NCBI RefSeq assembly: GCF_001194135.2
Contig: NC_068984.1
Coordinates: 68,141,557 to 68,205,556, forward strand
Length of the DNA: 64,000 nt
Origin: Octopus bimaculoides
Taxonomy: Eukaryota
Reading direction: 5' to 3'
The number at the start of each line of letters is the position of its first letter. Within the stretch, counting starts at the first letter, position 1. Shown here one piece after another: positions 52,275-64,000 of this stretch. The translations under genes were made by a program, and so were the position numbers. Under the pieces are notes generated by a model. That model saw only the letters and a list, made by a program, of their open reading frames with translations. It was not told the origin of the DNA and made no database searches.

Positions 52275-52582
52275 AAAGACAGGAGAAAGATGGTGAGTTG
52301 GCAAAATCATTAGCTCACCAGGCAATATGCTAAGCAGCATTTCATCAGGGGTTGACTTTGCTTTTATCCTTTTAGGACTGATGAAATAAGTACCAGTTGA
52401 GCACTGAGGCTGATGTAATCAACTTATCCACTCCTCCAAAACTGCTCTCCTTGCACCAAAATTTGAAATTGATATTTAACATCTATAAGGCAGCAAGATG
52501 GCGAAATCGATAGCATACCAGAGCAAAATGCTTAGTGGCATACTCTCTTCCTTGAAATTGTTGGCCTTGTGCCAAAATTTGA
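52275..52582 (+). mobile_element. Two SINE family B copies (52275-52465, and 52487-52582 with an internal deletion)
   Basis: GGTGAGTTGGCAAAATCATTAGC...GTTGACTTTGCTTTTATCC...AAATAAGTACCAGTTGAGCACTG. Confidence 0.75.
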
Positions 52583-52589
52583 AACTGTT

Positions 52590-52977
52590 GTGGCTATGTG
52601 GTAAGTAGCTTGCTTTCCAACCACGTGGTTCTGGGCTCAGTCCCACTGCATGACATCTTGGGCAAGTGTCTTCTACTATAGCCTCGGGCCGACCAAAGCC
52701 TTTTGAGTAGATTTGATAGACAGAAGCTGAATGAAGCCCATCGTGTGTGTGTGTTTGTGTGTCTGTGTTTGTCTCCCCCCACCACTATTACTTGACAACT
52801 GATGCTGGTATGTTTACGTCCCCATAACTTAGCAGTTTGGCAAAAGAGACCGATAGAATAAGTACAAGGCTTACAAAGAATGAGTCCTCGGGTCGATTTG
52901 TTCAACTAAAGGTGGTGCTCCAGCATGGCCACAGTCAAATGACTGAAACAACTAAAAGAGTAACAGAGTAAAGAGTG
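52590..52977 (+). mobile_element. SINE family A, well preserved
   Basis: Complete, with GTAAAAGAG-type tail repeats. Confidence 0.9.
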
Positions 52978-54261
52978 ATATTAAAGACAGAGAGAATCCC
53001 CTGATGAAATTAGGAATCTGAGTTCAGTCCCTAATCAGGATACAGCATGGACAAAGAAGAATCCTGCTAGTGATGTGCTCTGAATACACTGCTCAAGCTA
53101 ACTGTAAGTTAGCTGATGTCAAAGAGAAGTGGAGTTCGTTGACATAAGGATCAAACCAGAAACCATGAGGCTAAAAAACAAACTTCTCATCTTCTATACA
53201 TTGATTAAATACCTACTAGTAATACATAGATACTTATCCAGTTATCTTATCCATACTTGCTTCTACTTCAGAACTGGCTCTGTACATTGAACAGAAGGGA
53301 AAAAAACAGCAAACTTATTGTATGTTATGTAAAGCTCGACTTTTATTTAAAACCTACAAATGCTGTATCTACAGCAACTGTTATCATGGCATATAATTGC
53401 GTTTCAATTGAACCACATATTAGCTATTTGGTATATGTTATTCATGTTATGCTGTAAACAACCTGAAGACTTTTCGATGATATTATATCAATTTTATCAA
53501 AACAACAAAATTACATTCTTTATAAAGTTTCCTATGAGAAAATCCTCTTTGCATGAAATAAGCACACACCAAAACAAAACCAAAATACGCAATAATAATG
53601 ATGATGATGACTACAACACAGAGATAGTCAAAAATATAAAACGAAACAAAATATAATCTTTAACGATTTGAAAACGTCGCTCACCAGGATCATATCTGAA
53701 GAGGTTTGATCAACAAAGACGTTACATACCTTATGAATATTTCAAAAACTATGGTAAAATTAATAAATATTTGTACATTTAGATATATTAAAAATTCCAA
53801 AAACATACTTCCTGGGTAGAGTTTGTAGTGCAATTGTTGCCTACATTGAGAAAGTAATATTATATTTATTCTGATTGAAGATATATCTATTGGGAATATT
53901 GTAATAATATCTTTATTTAATAAGTCGCTATTCATTTATGCACACACTTCAAAACTTGTTTCCACTATTTTGAACTTACTTGCTGCTGCAAGATCTTGCT
54001 GAAAGATATGAATAAATAATGTTTCAAGCAGAAAGGTGTGTATGTATGTATGTGTATATGCATGTGAGTATCTGTGTGTGTGTGTGTGTGTGTGCAGTGG
54101 GGATGTGGCATTGTAACAAATAAATACTATTTTGGCATCAAACACAACGCAAATAGTATTTCTTATAAAATATATGCATTTGTGTGTGTGTGTATGCGTG
54201 TGTAAATTTGTGTATACTTGTGTGTATATATTCGTATATACACATATACATATATAGTCAT

Positions 54262-54395
54262 CATCATCTACATCTAATCTCTGTTTTCCATGCTAGCATA
54301 GGTTGGATGGTCTGACAAGAGCTGACAAGCAAGAAGACTACGCCAAACTCCACAGTCTGCTTCGGCAAGAGTTTTCAAAGTTGGATACCTTTTAT
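54262..54395 (-). mobile_element. RTE-tail repeat (family C)
   Basis: CATCATC...TTTTCCATGCTAGCATAGGTTGGATGG. Confidence 0.65.
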
Positions 54396-54418
54396 AATTC
54401 CAATATACATATATATAC

Positions 54419-54482
<64 letters not shown>

Positions 54483-55667
54483 GTAAATGACAGAGAAATA
54501 GTTTAATGAAATTTCATTTAACTATAAGAAAATTCTAATTTCATGACAAATTGTTTTGTAACTTAAGAACATGTAAATAATTTATGTTATTATATTCAAT
54601 ATTAAATAAATTACTTATACATCTTATTGTTCTCTGTTGTATTGTACTATATCTTTTATAGGTTTTGTAGAATGATACATTAAGGAGCTTTTTTCCTGAG
54701 TACTACTGGATTACTTGAATCCATATATTGTGACTTAAATATGATATGCATATGTGTATATGTATACACACACACACACACATTTGAGTAATCAGGTTGA
54801 CTTAGTTCCTCATGTTGCTTACAGTTTCAGGAATGTAAAAACACAACCATCTCCTTGGAAATTCAAAACTAAATTGAAGAACAGAACAAGATGACTTTAT
54901 TACAGTGAGAACTTAACCTCTCCAAGCCAGTTCAGGTCACATTATCTTAGTGATAGCTAAGTGACAGCAGATCAAGCACTCCGCATAGATATTTATAGCA
55001 CTTAGCCATCAAAACATGGTATTTGATGTATCAGTGACATCACTGCTTTAGGTATGAGGTGGTAAAGAATGGCTTACATGTCATAGAGAGAGCTTAATGC
55101 TCCATGGTCAGTTACAGCCACATGGATGTCATGAAAACCTAGTAACAACAGATGAATGCTCCTTAGCTGTCAGTGTGTGGTACTTGGCATATATGCAGGT
55201 TGTTCATATGCTGGATCGTTGAATTGCAAGAATAACGGCGGGAGGGCAGTGAATAAAAATTTTGGAGACTGCAAGTGGAAGCATGAGATGGAGATTGTGT
55301 GAATACTTGTTAGCTTCTTTTGCAAAAAGCAATGTTAGGAACAATGTAATCTAAACATAAATAGCTGACCTTAATATTATTTCCCATTTCACTCTGTAAT
55401 AAAGAAACCTTGCTTCCAAATGTCTGAGGGAATGACCATATTTTCACATCCATGAAACTTTAAGTAACAGGAGGAACTAAATCAATCTGTTACAAATTAA
55501 AAACAACAACTTCTAGTACATGTGTGCAGAGTATATTTCTGCTTATTTGTTCACTCACAGCTTTTAACATTTTCTATCCAAGGAATATTTTAAACCCATA
55601 TTTACATACTGTTGTTTATAGCTTTGTCTGCTTTGAGAGTCACCATTCCAATATGTATATAGAGAGC

Positions 55668-55739
<72 letters not shown>

Positions 55740-56334
55740 CCTTGGATGGAGTTTATAAATATTTTAATGCATCACTACGCACATTTCCACAAATCACGTG
55801 TACGACTTTTGTATATAAGGAAAGGATTTGTTATGAATTTTTCAAAGGGACAAAAGTGCTAAATAAATAGTATTTATCCAAATCCTGGTTACCTCCCTTT
55901 TAGATATAGTGCCTTGCAGTGTCTGCCCCAGTGTTCCACTCTCAAATTCCATTCAGAGATTCAAATCTTACCAGCTGCCATGCCATTGCATCTTTGCAAA
56001 AGGTGAACACAATATGGTGAACCTGACTGATTATGAGAGCAGCAACTCTCTGTCATTATGAAGCCCTCCCAACTATCTCAACACGGTTGTGTCATGGCTT
56101 TGATGACCAATTAGTGGTGGTGTATATCAAAAGCCATATTTCCACACTAGCAAACAGAATCCCTCTAGGGTTTAGAAACCTTGTAAACATATTAAATAAC
56201 AAAGAAATGGTTGTAACATAGGGGTGTTTTTGTGTGTGTATGTTTGTGTTCTTTAATGACATATGATTTAATAACCTTGTACTAAATGATTTCATAATGA
56301 CTGAATTAGCTTGTAATCATACAAGTGAAGGACA

Positions 56335-56610
56335 CCAATTAACCTTGCAAGGATAAAAGGCAAAGTCAGTCTTAGGGAGGTTTGAATTCTGGAGATAAAA
56401 GACCCTACTTAAATACAACAAAATCATATTGTTTGATATGCTAACAATTCACTCAGAACTTCACACTTTATTGTTTAGGTATTGGCTCCAAACTTTGGCA
56501 CAAGGCCAGCAATTTGTGGGGCTGGGGTAAGTCAATTACATCAACCCCAGTGCTTGACTGGTACTTATTTTATCGACTTTTAAAGGATGAAAGGCAAAGT
56601 AGACCTCAAT
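56335..56610 (-). mobile_element. Two SINE family B fragments
   Basis: AGGATAAAAGGCAAAGTC...TTTGAA. CAAGGCCAGCAATTT...CCCCAGTGCTTGACTGGTACTTATTTTATCGAC...GGATGAAAGGCAAAG. Confidence 0.75.
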
Positions 56611-57386
56611 GGAATACTTTATTGCTTATATATTAATAGCAAGGAAGATTAAACTTTTAGGAACTATATAATCGAACTCAATACTTTACAAAAAGCTATT
56701 AATTATCTAAAATTTTCAAGCCCTTTTTTCTGGTAATTTTATGTTTATGAAGCTTACTTAAGTGGGAAAAGGAAAGAGGTGTTTATCTAATGAGTATTTT
56801 AACAGCCTATCAGCTTGGTGTTACCTGTGCTCATATCTTCCAGTTTGATGACACTGTTGTGTTTAAAAGCAATTTCACAACAATTTCTGATATCACTGCT
56901 CTAGTTTAATTAACATAAATGCCTGTGTTATAATATGCATCTCAATTTCTGAGCCTAAATTGTCAGAATCCTTTTAATACTTCATATAACAACAATTCAG
57001 TGTTGCATAACTGCTTTGGGAATAGATATGTATAAAGCTTGATGGCAATATGAGTGACTATTTAAATTGTGGCTTAATTGCAGTTCAACCTTGATCTAGG
57101 ACAACTATAATTAAATACACCTTGGAGAAGAACTAACCCCCTTAACAAACTTGTTTGTAAATATAGTTTTTGTAAAGAATAAAAAGTTTTGAATGGTACA
57201 ACAATGCACTATAATACAAAAAATGGACTATATACCTGTTGTGATTTAGTTATCTATAGTCCGATGATATTTCGGAATACAGTTCCTTCTTCAGGTCTTC
57301 TTAGATGGAGTCTTTGCTATAAACTGTTTACTAATGGCTTTTCTTTTCTTTCTTTTTTTTCTTTTTTCTTTTTTTTTTTCTTTTTT

Positions 57387-57399
57387 CCGGAAGTGACGT
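57387..57399. promoter_or_regulatory. ETS-CRE composite motif CCGGAAGTGACGT in a small CpG-rich patch (candidate promoter)
   Basis: Exact ETS core CCGGAAGT overlapping TGACGT. Five CpGs in about 90 nt against a CpG-poor background. Not inside a recognised repeat. Confidence 0.4.
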
Positions 57400-58351
57400 A
57401 GTAGTGGTCTCACGGAGCTCCTTCTGGAATTCCTCATGAGAAGTGTGTGAGGTCGGCTATGTTTCAATCTCGTGTGTGTTGGTATATCTATAGCGCTGCT
57501 TCTAAGTTATGTGTTATATGTGCAAGATATTTTATTCTTTACAAACAAAACACAATGTTTCAAGCAAACTACAATACTCTCTTATAGTTTTTGTTATTTC
57601 AAGGATGTATCTGCAGAATGGTTTGAGTGGAATTTAGTTATTGGCCTTTACATTCTGAGTGCAAATCCCATCATAGACAACTTTTTCTTTCCTCTTCTTG
57701 GAGTTGATAAAATATGATATTTGTCTGTTCAAATACAAGGCTCAATTTACTTGTCTGTACTCTCCCTAAAACTTTATGGCTTTGTGCCAACATTGGAAAT
57801 TAATATATTTCTATGTTCAGTCAAAACAAATTAAACTTATGCCAAATAATGGTCTATAAAAAAAGGAAGAAACCTAAACATTCTAACATTCAGGTCTTCT
57901 AAACTATAGGGCCAACAGACATAGGGAAGAAAAAATACAAAAGAAACATTAATGTTGTAGCATTATGGTTTCTTTCAAACTGCAAAGAAAAATGAATTAT
58001 CAATCTATAAATCACAACATGAAAATTCTTGAGCACATGGCAAATTTCACACCAATTATCTGATCGTTATTAAAACCCCATGTGGTTGCACTCATGGCAA
58101 TAATAAAGAAATTGTTATTAGAAACCTGCGTGATAACTACATTAAGAATAAATCTCAAATGCACTCCACTAAATTATAATAGATTTATAAAGTGTAAGAG
58201 GTGAGAGACTGTGAAGTGTCACTTTCTCAATCTGACACTTGATATCCTGATACACAGCTTAAAACTACATTATACATCAACACTGTTTGTTATCTTATAC
58301 ATTCCACACACATATACACACGTGCACACACACACACTCACACAGATAAGC

Positions 58352-59300
58352 ACACACACGACATTGATCACACAACAAATCTCGGAACATAGCTTATGTA
58401 CAGACAGCCCTCAGTTTCTCCCTTGACGCACATTCTCATTATCACCATCACTATTGATGATGATGATGATGACGGCGACAACGACCACAATCCTCCTCCT
58501 CCTCCTCCTCCTCATTATCATCAGCAGCAGCAGCATTATCTTCACCATCCTTCTCCTTTATTCCGACTCTCACTCATGCAACCACCTTATAGTAACTATT
58601 GTTACTGCCGTGTAAATATCAATCTGATTTATTTTATTTATTCATTCATTCATTCATTTATTTCTGTACTACAAATCTGGTCACAGGTTTCTTACAGACT
58701 TAAATCTCTGTTTCACTGCATTTCTGATGGAGGGATTGACAAAAGAACATCTGTAATTTAAATAATTTAGTGTATCACAAGAAAATCTTTGTTGCTAAAA
58801 CGCAGGTTTCCACATTTTATTTATTTAATTTATTTTGTTTTTGCTTCAGTGTTTATCATATTCTTTGCAAATATGATGCAAAATACAAGGACAAAACTGT
58901 TGTCGATGGTAATCTTCATAACCTTTGTGATGTTGAAAGTGATTGTGGTAAGGATGATGAAAGGCAGTCAGAGAGGCTGGCATTCATGAGAATGGAATCC
59001 ACTGAAGGATGCTTCTGAAAAATTGGGATACATCCATAGACAGAGAGAGGGGGGGGCGAGTGAAGGGGGGAGAGAGAGATAGCTGGAATGAGAGGGAGAG
59101 AGAGAGAGGGGGGTGATGACAGTGCTGCTGCTGCTAATGGTGATGATGATGATGATGGTGGTGATGGTGGTAGCAATGGTGATGGCAGTGATGATGATGA
59201 TTGTGATGGTAATAATGAGAGAATGTGCGTCAAGGGAGAAGCTGAAGGCTGTCTGCACACATGTTCAGAGATTTCTTGTATGACCAATGTCGTGTGTGTG
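58352..59300. repeat. Inverted duplication (arms about 58352-58560 and 59085-59300)
   Basis: CACACACGACATTGATCACACAACAAATCTCGGAACAT...CAGACAGCCCTCAGTTTCTCCCTTGACGCACATTCTC matches the reverse complement of 59203-59300. Homology continues through the AGCAGCAGCAGCA low-complexity part. Confidence 0.85.
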
Positions 59301-59332
59301 TGTGTATGTGCATGTGTGAAGTGAGAGAGAGT

Positions 59333-59540
59333 CTTATCTTTTATTCATTTTAATCATTGGACTGTGGCTATGCTGGGGCACTGCCTTCAAGGCTTTAGTT
59401 GAAGAATTTGCTCCCCGCATATTTTTTTTTTTAAATGCTTAGTACTCATTCTATCAAAACCAACACTAGTGGCCAATCAGTGGTGGAAGACAAACACAAT
59501 ACAAACACAAAGACTCACCCACAAACACACACACACACAC

Positions 59541-59571
<31 letters not shown>

Positions 59572-59715
59572 TGCTTGCATGCGCATGCACACATATGATG
59601 GGCTTCTTTCAGTTACTATCTACCAAATCATTTCACAAGGCTTTGTTTGGTTGGCCCGTGTATATAATAGAAGACACTCACTGAAGGTGCTGTGCAATGG
59701 CACTGAACCCAGAGG
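59333..59715 (-). mobile_element. SINE family A
   Basis: Reverse-complement copy with an expanded (CA)n linker. Confidence 0.8.
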
Positions 59716-60607
59716 TATACATAAAGAATAATCTAATTCTGTTGTTTCTCTCATATCATCATCATCATCACCACAATCACCTTGACCATCACTGTCACCA
59801 TCATAAATTTTAAATAGCAGAAATAGTACTGAATCCAGTTAAACAACTGAAAGTTTTATGATTTCTTCTTTTGCATGCTGTTTTCAAGTCCAGGTAGGTT
59901 CAATTTTACTTTTTATCAGTCTAGGGTTGATAAAATAAGTCTGACTCAGGTACAACAAAGATGATGATAATGACGATGATGATGAGGAAGAGAAGGAGGG
60001 GGAAGAAGATAAGGACATGGAGAAGGAATTGGATACAGTTGCTATCTACACATAGATTTTTCCTTATGAGTGCATCAAGAAGCTAGCATGACATAAGAAA
60101 TTCAATTTTCCAAAGTATATTTATAATACATACATGTATATATGTGTGTGTGCGTGCGTGCGTGTGTATGTTTATGTGTGTGTGGAGATATCTATATAGA
60201 TTTTTACTGTGGAATGAATCCTAGAGGCATAAACCAAGGTTGTTGCCAAACTGCAAAGGTATGAAAGCAACTGCAGTTTCTGGTTCATTAAAAATTATCA
60301 TGCTTTACTTATCACCATTTCTCCAGAAGGATTGTAGCTTACAACTTGGCAAATAAAAAAAAAAATGGTTTATCTTACATGTGGGTAACAATTTTTTATA
60401 TTTTAATAGCTTCAGGAAAGGAAGTGTTGCTGACCTGCCAGAAAGGCCTCCCAGATCAGTCTAGTTGCTGTGGTATTTATGGCATTTCAGTTGTTGCGGT
60501 GGGAAACAAAATCGTCCTCAAGTTGGCAGCATAGTCTCAATGCTTCTAACCAAGTGGACCCTCTTGAAGACACCCAAAGGTTAGCAATGTTCATATATTT
60601 GTGTGTG

Positions 60608-60771
60608 CAAGTATGGCTGTGTGGTTAAGAAATTTGCTTACCCGCTATGTAGCGTTGTCGATTTGGGTTCAGTCACACTACATGGCACTTTGGGTAAGGA
60701 TTTTCTACTAAAGCTCTGAGAAGACCAAAGCCTTGTGGGTGGATTTAGTAGACAGAAATTGAAAGAAGCCC

Positions 60772-60780
<9 letters not shown>
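60608..60780 (+). mobile_element. SINE family A, 5' half, followed by a (TG)n tract and a gap
   Basis: GTATGGCTGTGTGGTTAAGAAATTTGC...GACCAAAGCCTTGTGGGTGGATTTAGTAGACAGAAATTGAAAGAAGCCC. Confidence 0.8.
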
Positions 60781-60815
<35 letters not shown>

Positions 60816-60825
60816 NNNNNNNNNN

Positions 60826-60858
<33 letters not shown>

Positions 60859-61144
60859 GTGCATGCATGTGTGTGTGCATGTGAATGTATATGGGTATAA
60901 GTGCATGTGTGTGTACATGTGTGTGTGTGTGAGTGTGTGTGTTCTTTATGCTGAAAGGTGTACCCAAGTTCTGCATTGTTAAAAATCCATTTTGAATGAC
61001 GAATAGAGCCTTTCTTCTTGTGATTCGTAAGCAACATTTACCACAAAAATTTTAATGCTTGTTTGTGTGCGTATATGTATATATATATATACATGTGTGC
61101 GTGTGTATGTATTCATATTGATAGGTAGGTAGCAAGCTACATAG

Positions 61145-61195
<51 letters not shown>

Positions 61196-61200
<5 letters not shown>

Positions 61201-62037
61201 GATGCAGTGAATATATTGTCATGTAAATTATGCAAAAATGAAAATAAAACTGATATCTCATTTTAACAGATATATTTACCAAAATTACATAAAGATATTT
61301 TGAAATAGTAAAGAGTAAATAGTCAATAAAATCGCCATTGGCTTCAACCATGGCCTCCAGATGGATTCCTTGTTTAAGTTGGTGAATGCTGCCATAATCC
61401 TTGCCTTAAGTTCATCTTTGGTGTTGCAAAGAGTTTTGTTGGTCTCTCACTCAGCTGCATTCCATACATAATAATCAAGGGGGGCAGTAGTCTGGGGAGT
61501 AAGGTAGCCAGATGTTAAGGGTTGTCTGGCCACATAAATTGTCTGACAGCCATGATTGGGTTCTCCTGCTAGTGTGATATCAAGCAGAGTCCTGTGGTCA
61601 GACATAGGGTCTTCCAGCAGCCACTGGCTTGACCCAAGGCAGCACTACCTCTTCCATGCACTTGATTTAGGCCTTCATGTTTAGTCTGAGGCTGTGTGGG
61701 AAGATAAGTGGAGGTATAATGTCGCCATCACTAGTGATCACTCCAAACACCATGATGTTGACTGGATGTTTGATTTTTTTATCACTCTTAGTACATGTCC
61801 TCATATTGACACCTAAATACTCTGAAATGTTCATATTGGAGTTTCCAGCATAAATGCCAAACAATACAGCATGTCGTTTTCAAATTTCTGACAGTGAATT
61901 GCATCATGGTACTGTTTTTCTCACAGTTGATGCCCAGCTAACCCTACTATATTGTGTAGTCAACAAAATTTAAAACAAACAATGCACATGCACGAAATAA
62001 AAATATAAAATGGCAACAATTTACCCATCACACCCTG
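61196..62037 (-). mobile_element. maT-like (DD37D) Tc1/mariner transposon, internally deleted
   Basis: The element 5' end (reverse complement) is CAGGGTGTGATGGGTAAATTG. The opposite end CAGAGGATGCAGTGAATATATTG is degenerate. Transposase remnants on the minus strand. Confidence 0.85.
61320..61910 (-). pseudogene. maT/DD37D transposase pseudogene
   Basis: KRHAVLFGIYAGNSNMNISEYLGVNMRT joined by a deletion to KHPVNIMVFGVITSDG...; QDSA*YHTSRRTQSWL...NIWLPYSPD../LDYYVW (37 residues D to D after frameshift correction); end ...VEANGDFI. Confidence 0.88.
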
Positions 62038-62132
62038 TGTATATATATATATATATATATGTATATGTATATGTTTGTGTGTATGTATATACATAATACA
62101 CATATATATTATATATGTGATAGATAGATAGA

Positions 62133-62405
62133 TAGATATGATTTTTTACTGGCCACACAGGGCTGAACACAAAGGGGACAAAATACAAAGTAGAGCATTT
62201 CTTTTTGGGAAGGAAAAAAAATAGAAGTCGGGGTAGAATTTCGATGAAAAGGGATCGTGGAAAAAAAAAGGGAGGGGGGGGCGATCAATAGGGATCGTGT
62301 ATCACAGAACTGTCATAGGGTAAAATGGGAAACAGATTAGGTTTTTCCGTGGAAAGAAAAGCCTACGGAAAAGAAACACGGTAACCTTGGGCAATAATGT
62401 CATGC
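62133..62405 (-). mobile_element. Probable LINE (CR1/L2-like) 3' end fragment
   Basis: The reverse complement ends TTGTCCCCTTTGTGTTCAGCCCTGTGTGGCCAGTAAAAAAT (stem-loop-like 3' terminus plus A-rich end). CpG-rich relative to background. Clade assignment is from recall only. Confidence 0.45.
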
Positions 62406-63071
62406 AATAGATAGATAGACAGATAGACAGACAAAAAGACAGACAGACAGATAGATAGATAGATAGATAGATAAGTACATATAACATGCTAAATTCCACG
62501 CATGTTATACATATTTTCACAGTTTCCGTAAATGACTTACAATTTAGTTAATTAGATATGTCTTTTGTGCTTTGGTGAAGCCCAACTTCTCTACATTAGT
62601 ACTAAATCAGTTTGTTACAGATTCAAGTGTGCCATTAATTATAAGTATAAATCTAAAACAATAATCCACAGAGAATAACAACAGATTTCTCATTTATTCA
62701 GCCTAAAGTTCGTTTTTTTTTCTAATTATTTTTGTTTTTCACTTTATGTTAATATCAGTAATGAAAGAATGAAGGCATATATGAATGTATGCATGAAGTA
62801 TGTGAGTACATATTCACTTTTAGTCATATATTTATTACAAGATTTTTTTAGATGGCAGAAGCTGGTATCTAATAGTAAAACCAAAGCTTCATCTCTGGCA
62901 TTTGGTTAGCAACAATAGTTTGTATGTATTGAACTTTCAGAAAATCTTGTAGATTTTCACTGTTCCACTTACAAATTATATCTATAAAGTCCATGGTATG
63001 TATGTACATAGACATGTGAGCATATAAGTATGTATGCATGTATGATTCAATGTAAGTATGTTCTTGCATCG

Positions 63072-63232
63072 TTATCTTTTATTTCTTTCAGTCATTAGAC
63101 GGCTGCCATGCTGCGGCACCACCTTCAAATCTTAGTTGATCGAATTGACCAAGCATATTCTATTAATCGTTTTTGGCATATATTCTATCAATTGTTTTGC
63201 TGAACTGCTAAGTTACAGGGATGCAAACAAAG

Positions 63233-63267
<35 letters not shown>

Positions 63268-63417
63268 GGACGTCTTTCAGTTTCTGTCTACCAAATCCAC
63301 TCACAAGGCTTTGGTTTGCCTGAGGTTATAGTAGAAGGAATTTGCCCAAAATGCCATGGCATGGGACTGAACCCAGAACCATGTAATTTGGAAACAAGCT
63401 CCTACCACACAGCCATG
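63072..63417 (-). mobile_element. SINE family A
   Basis: Complete reverse-complement copy. Confidence 0.8.
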
Positions 63418-64000
63418 TATGAATGCACATAATGTATACATGTATTTATGCATGATAGCATGCATGTATGTATGCATAACACATGTATGTATGCATTACA
63501 CATGTATGCATGCTTGTATCTATGTGCAAGTATGTATGTATGAATGGATGTATGCATGAGTCCAATTGTATATACGTATATGTATGTAGGTTTATATGAA
63601 TCAGTGAATATGCTAAATTGTTTCAGAACTATTGTGGTTTGTAGTTAAATTTCTATGCTATTTAGCATTTTATCTCAGCTTTCATCGACCATTGACAAGT
63701 TCTTTATTTTACATTCATTACTAGTCTTCGAGATTTCCTTCTCCATATTGTGATTTGTAAAAAGACGAAAGAATATAGTTTGAATTTGAATTTTAATGAA
63801 GTCTTTTCAAACTGAGAATGTTAAAATAGATAATATTTCTTCTGTAAATACTCTGACACATACACACACTAATATACATACATATATATACATTCACACA
63901 AGAAAATATGCACTTATTTACAATACATGAGTGTGCGCATATTTGTAATTGCAAATATACATGTGTGTGTGTGAGTGCATAAATATATATTTACATGTGT

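Larger units (their letters stand above)
53730..56900 (-). other. Candidate micro-exon chain (56825-56900, 55972-56022, 54823-54868, 53980-53998, 53809-53840, 53730-53748), unverified
   Basis: Each unit has an AG acceptor (T/C-rich for the last four) and a GTAAG, GTATG or GTAAC donor. The joined frames all stop by the 53730 exon. Confidence 0.22.

Noticed and set aside
55070-55165. VAVTDHGAL peptide resembling gypsy RNase H (TDH.AL) or a PHP-domain motif
   Set aside because: Flanking residues do not fit either family and neighbouring frames contain stops.

Overview
AT-rich eukaryotic DNA dense in microsatellites, with 11 assembly gaps (about 4.5 kb of N). The repeat families look like those of octopus (coleoid cephalopod) genomes. 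That is my recognition from memory, not a database match. I could not identify any protein-coding gene with confidence. Nearly all ORFs in the supplied track are artefacts of N-runs, microsatellites or SINEs. Well supported: three internally deleted Tc1/mariner-superfamily DNA transposons (mariner-like at 14.4-15.4 kb, pogo-like DD35D at 47.2-49.1 kb, maT-like DD37D at 61.2-62.0 kb); TTAA-flanked piggyBac-type MITEs; 3' fragments of an RTE-type LINE; and dozens of tRNA-derived SINEs from several modular families. The best leads are a minimal hammerhead-ribozyme-like motif in two copies of a Penelope-like repeat, a perfect 65-bp hairpin element, twin-priming-like inversions in RTE-tail insertions, an inverted duplication bracketing a candidate exon, and an ETS-CRE promoter motif with a possible divergent micro-exon transcript. 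There are no CRISPR, rRNA or functional tRNA features. Boundaries of decayed repeats are approximate.
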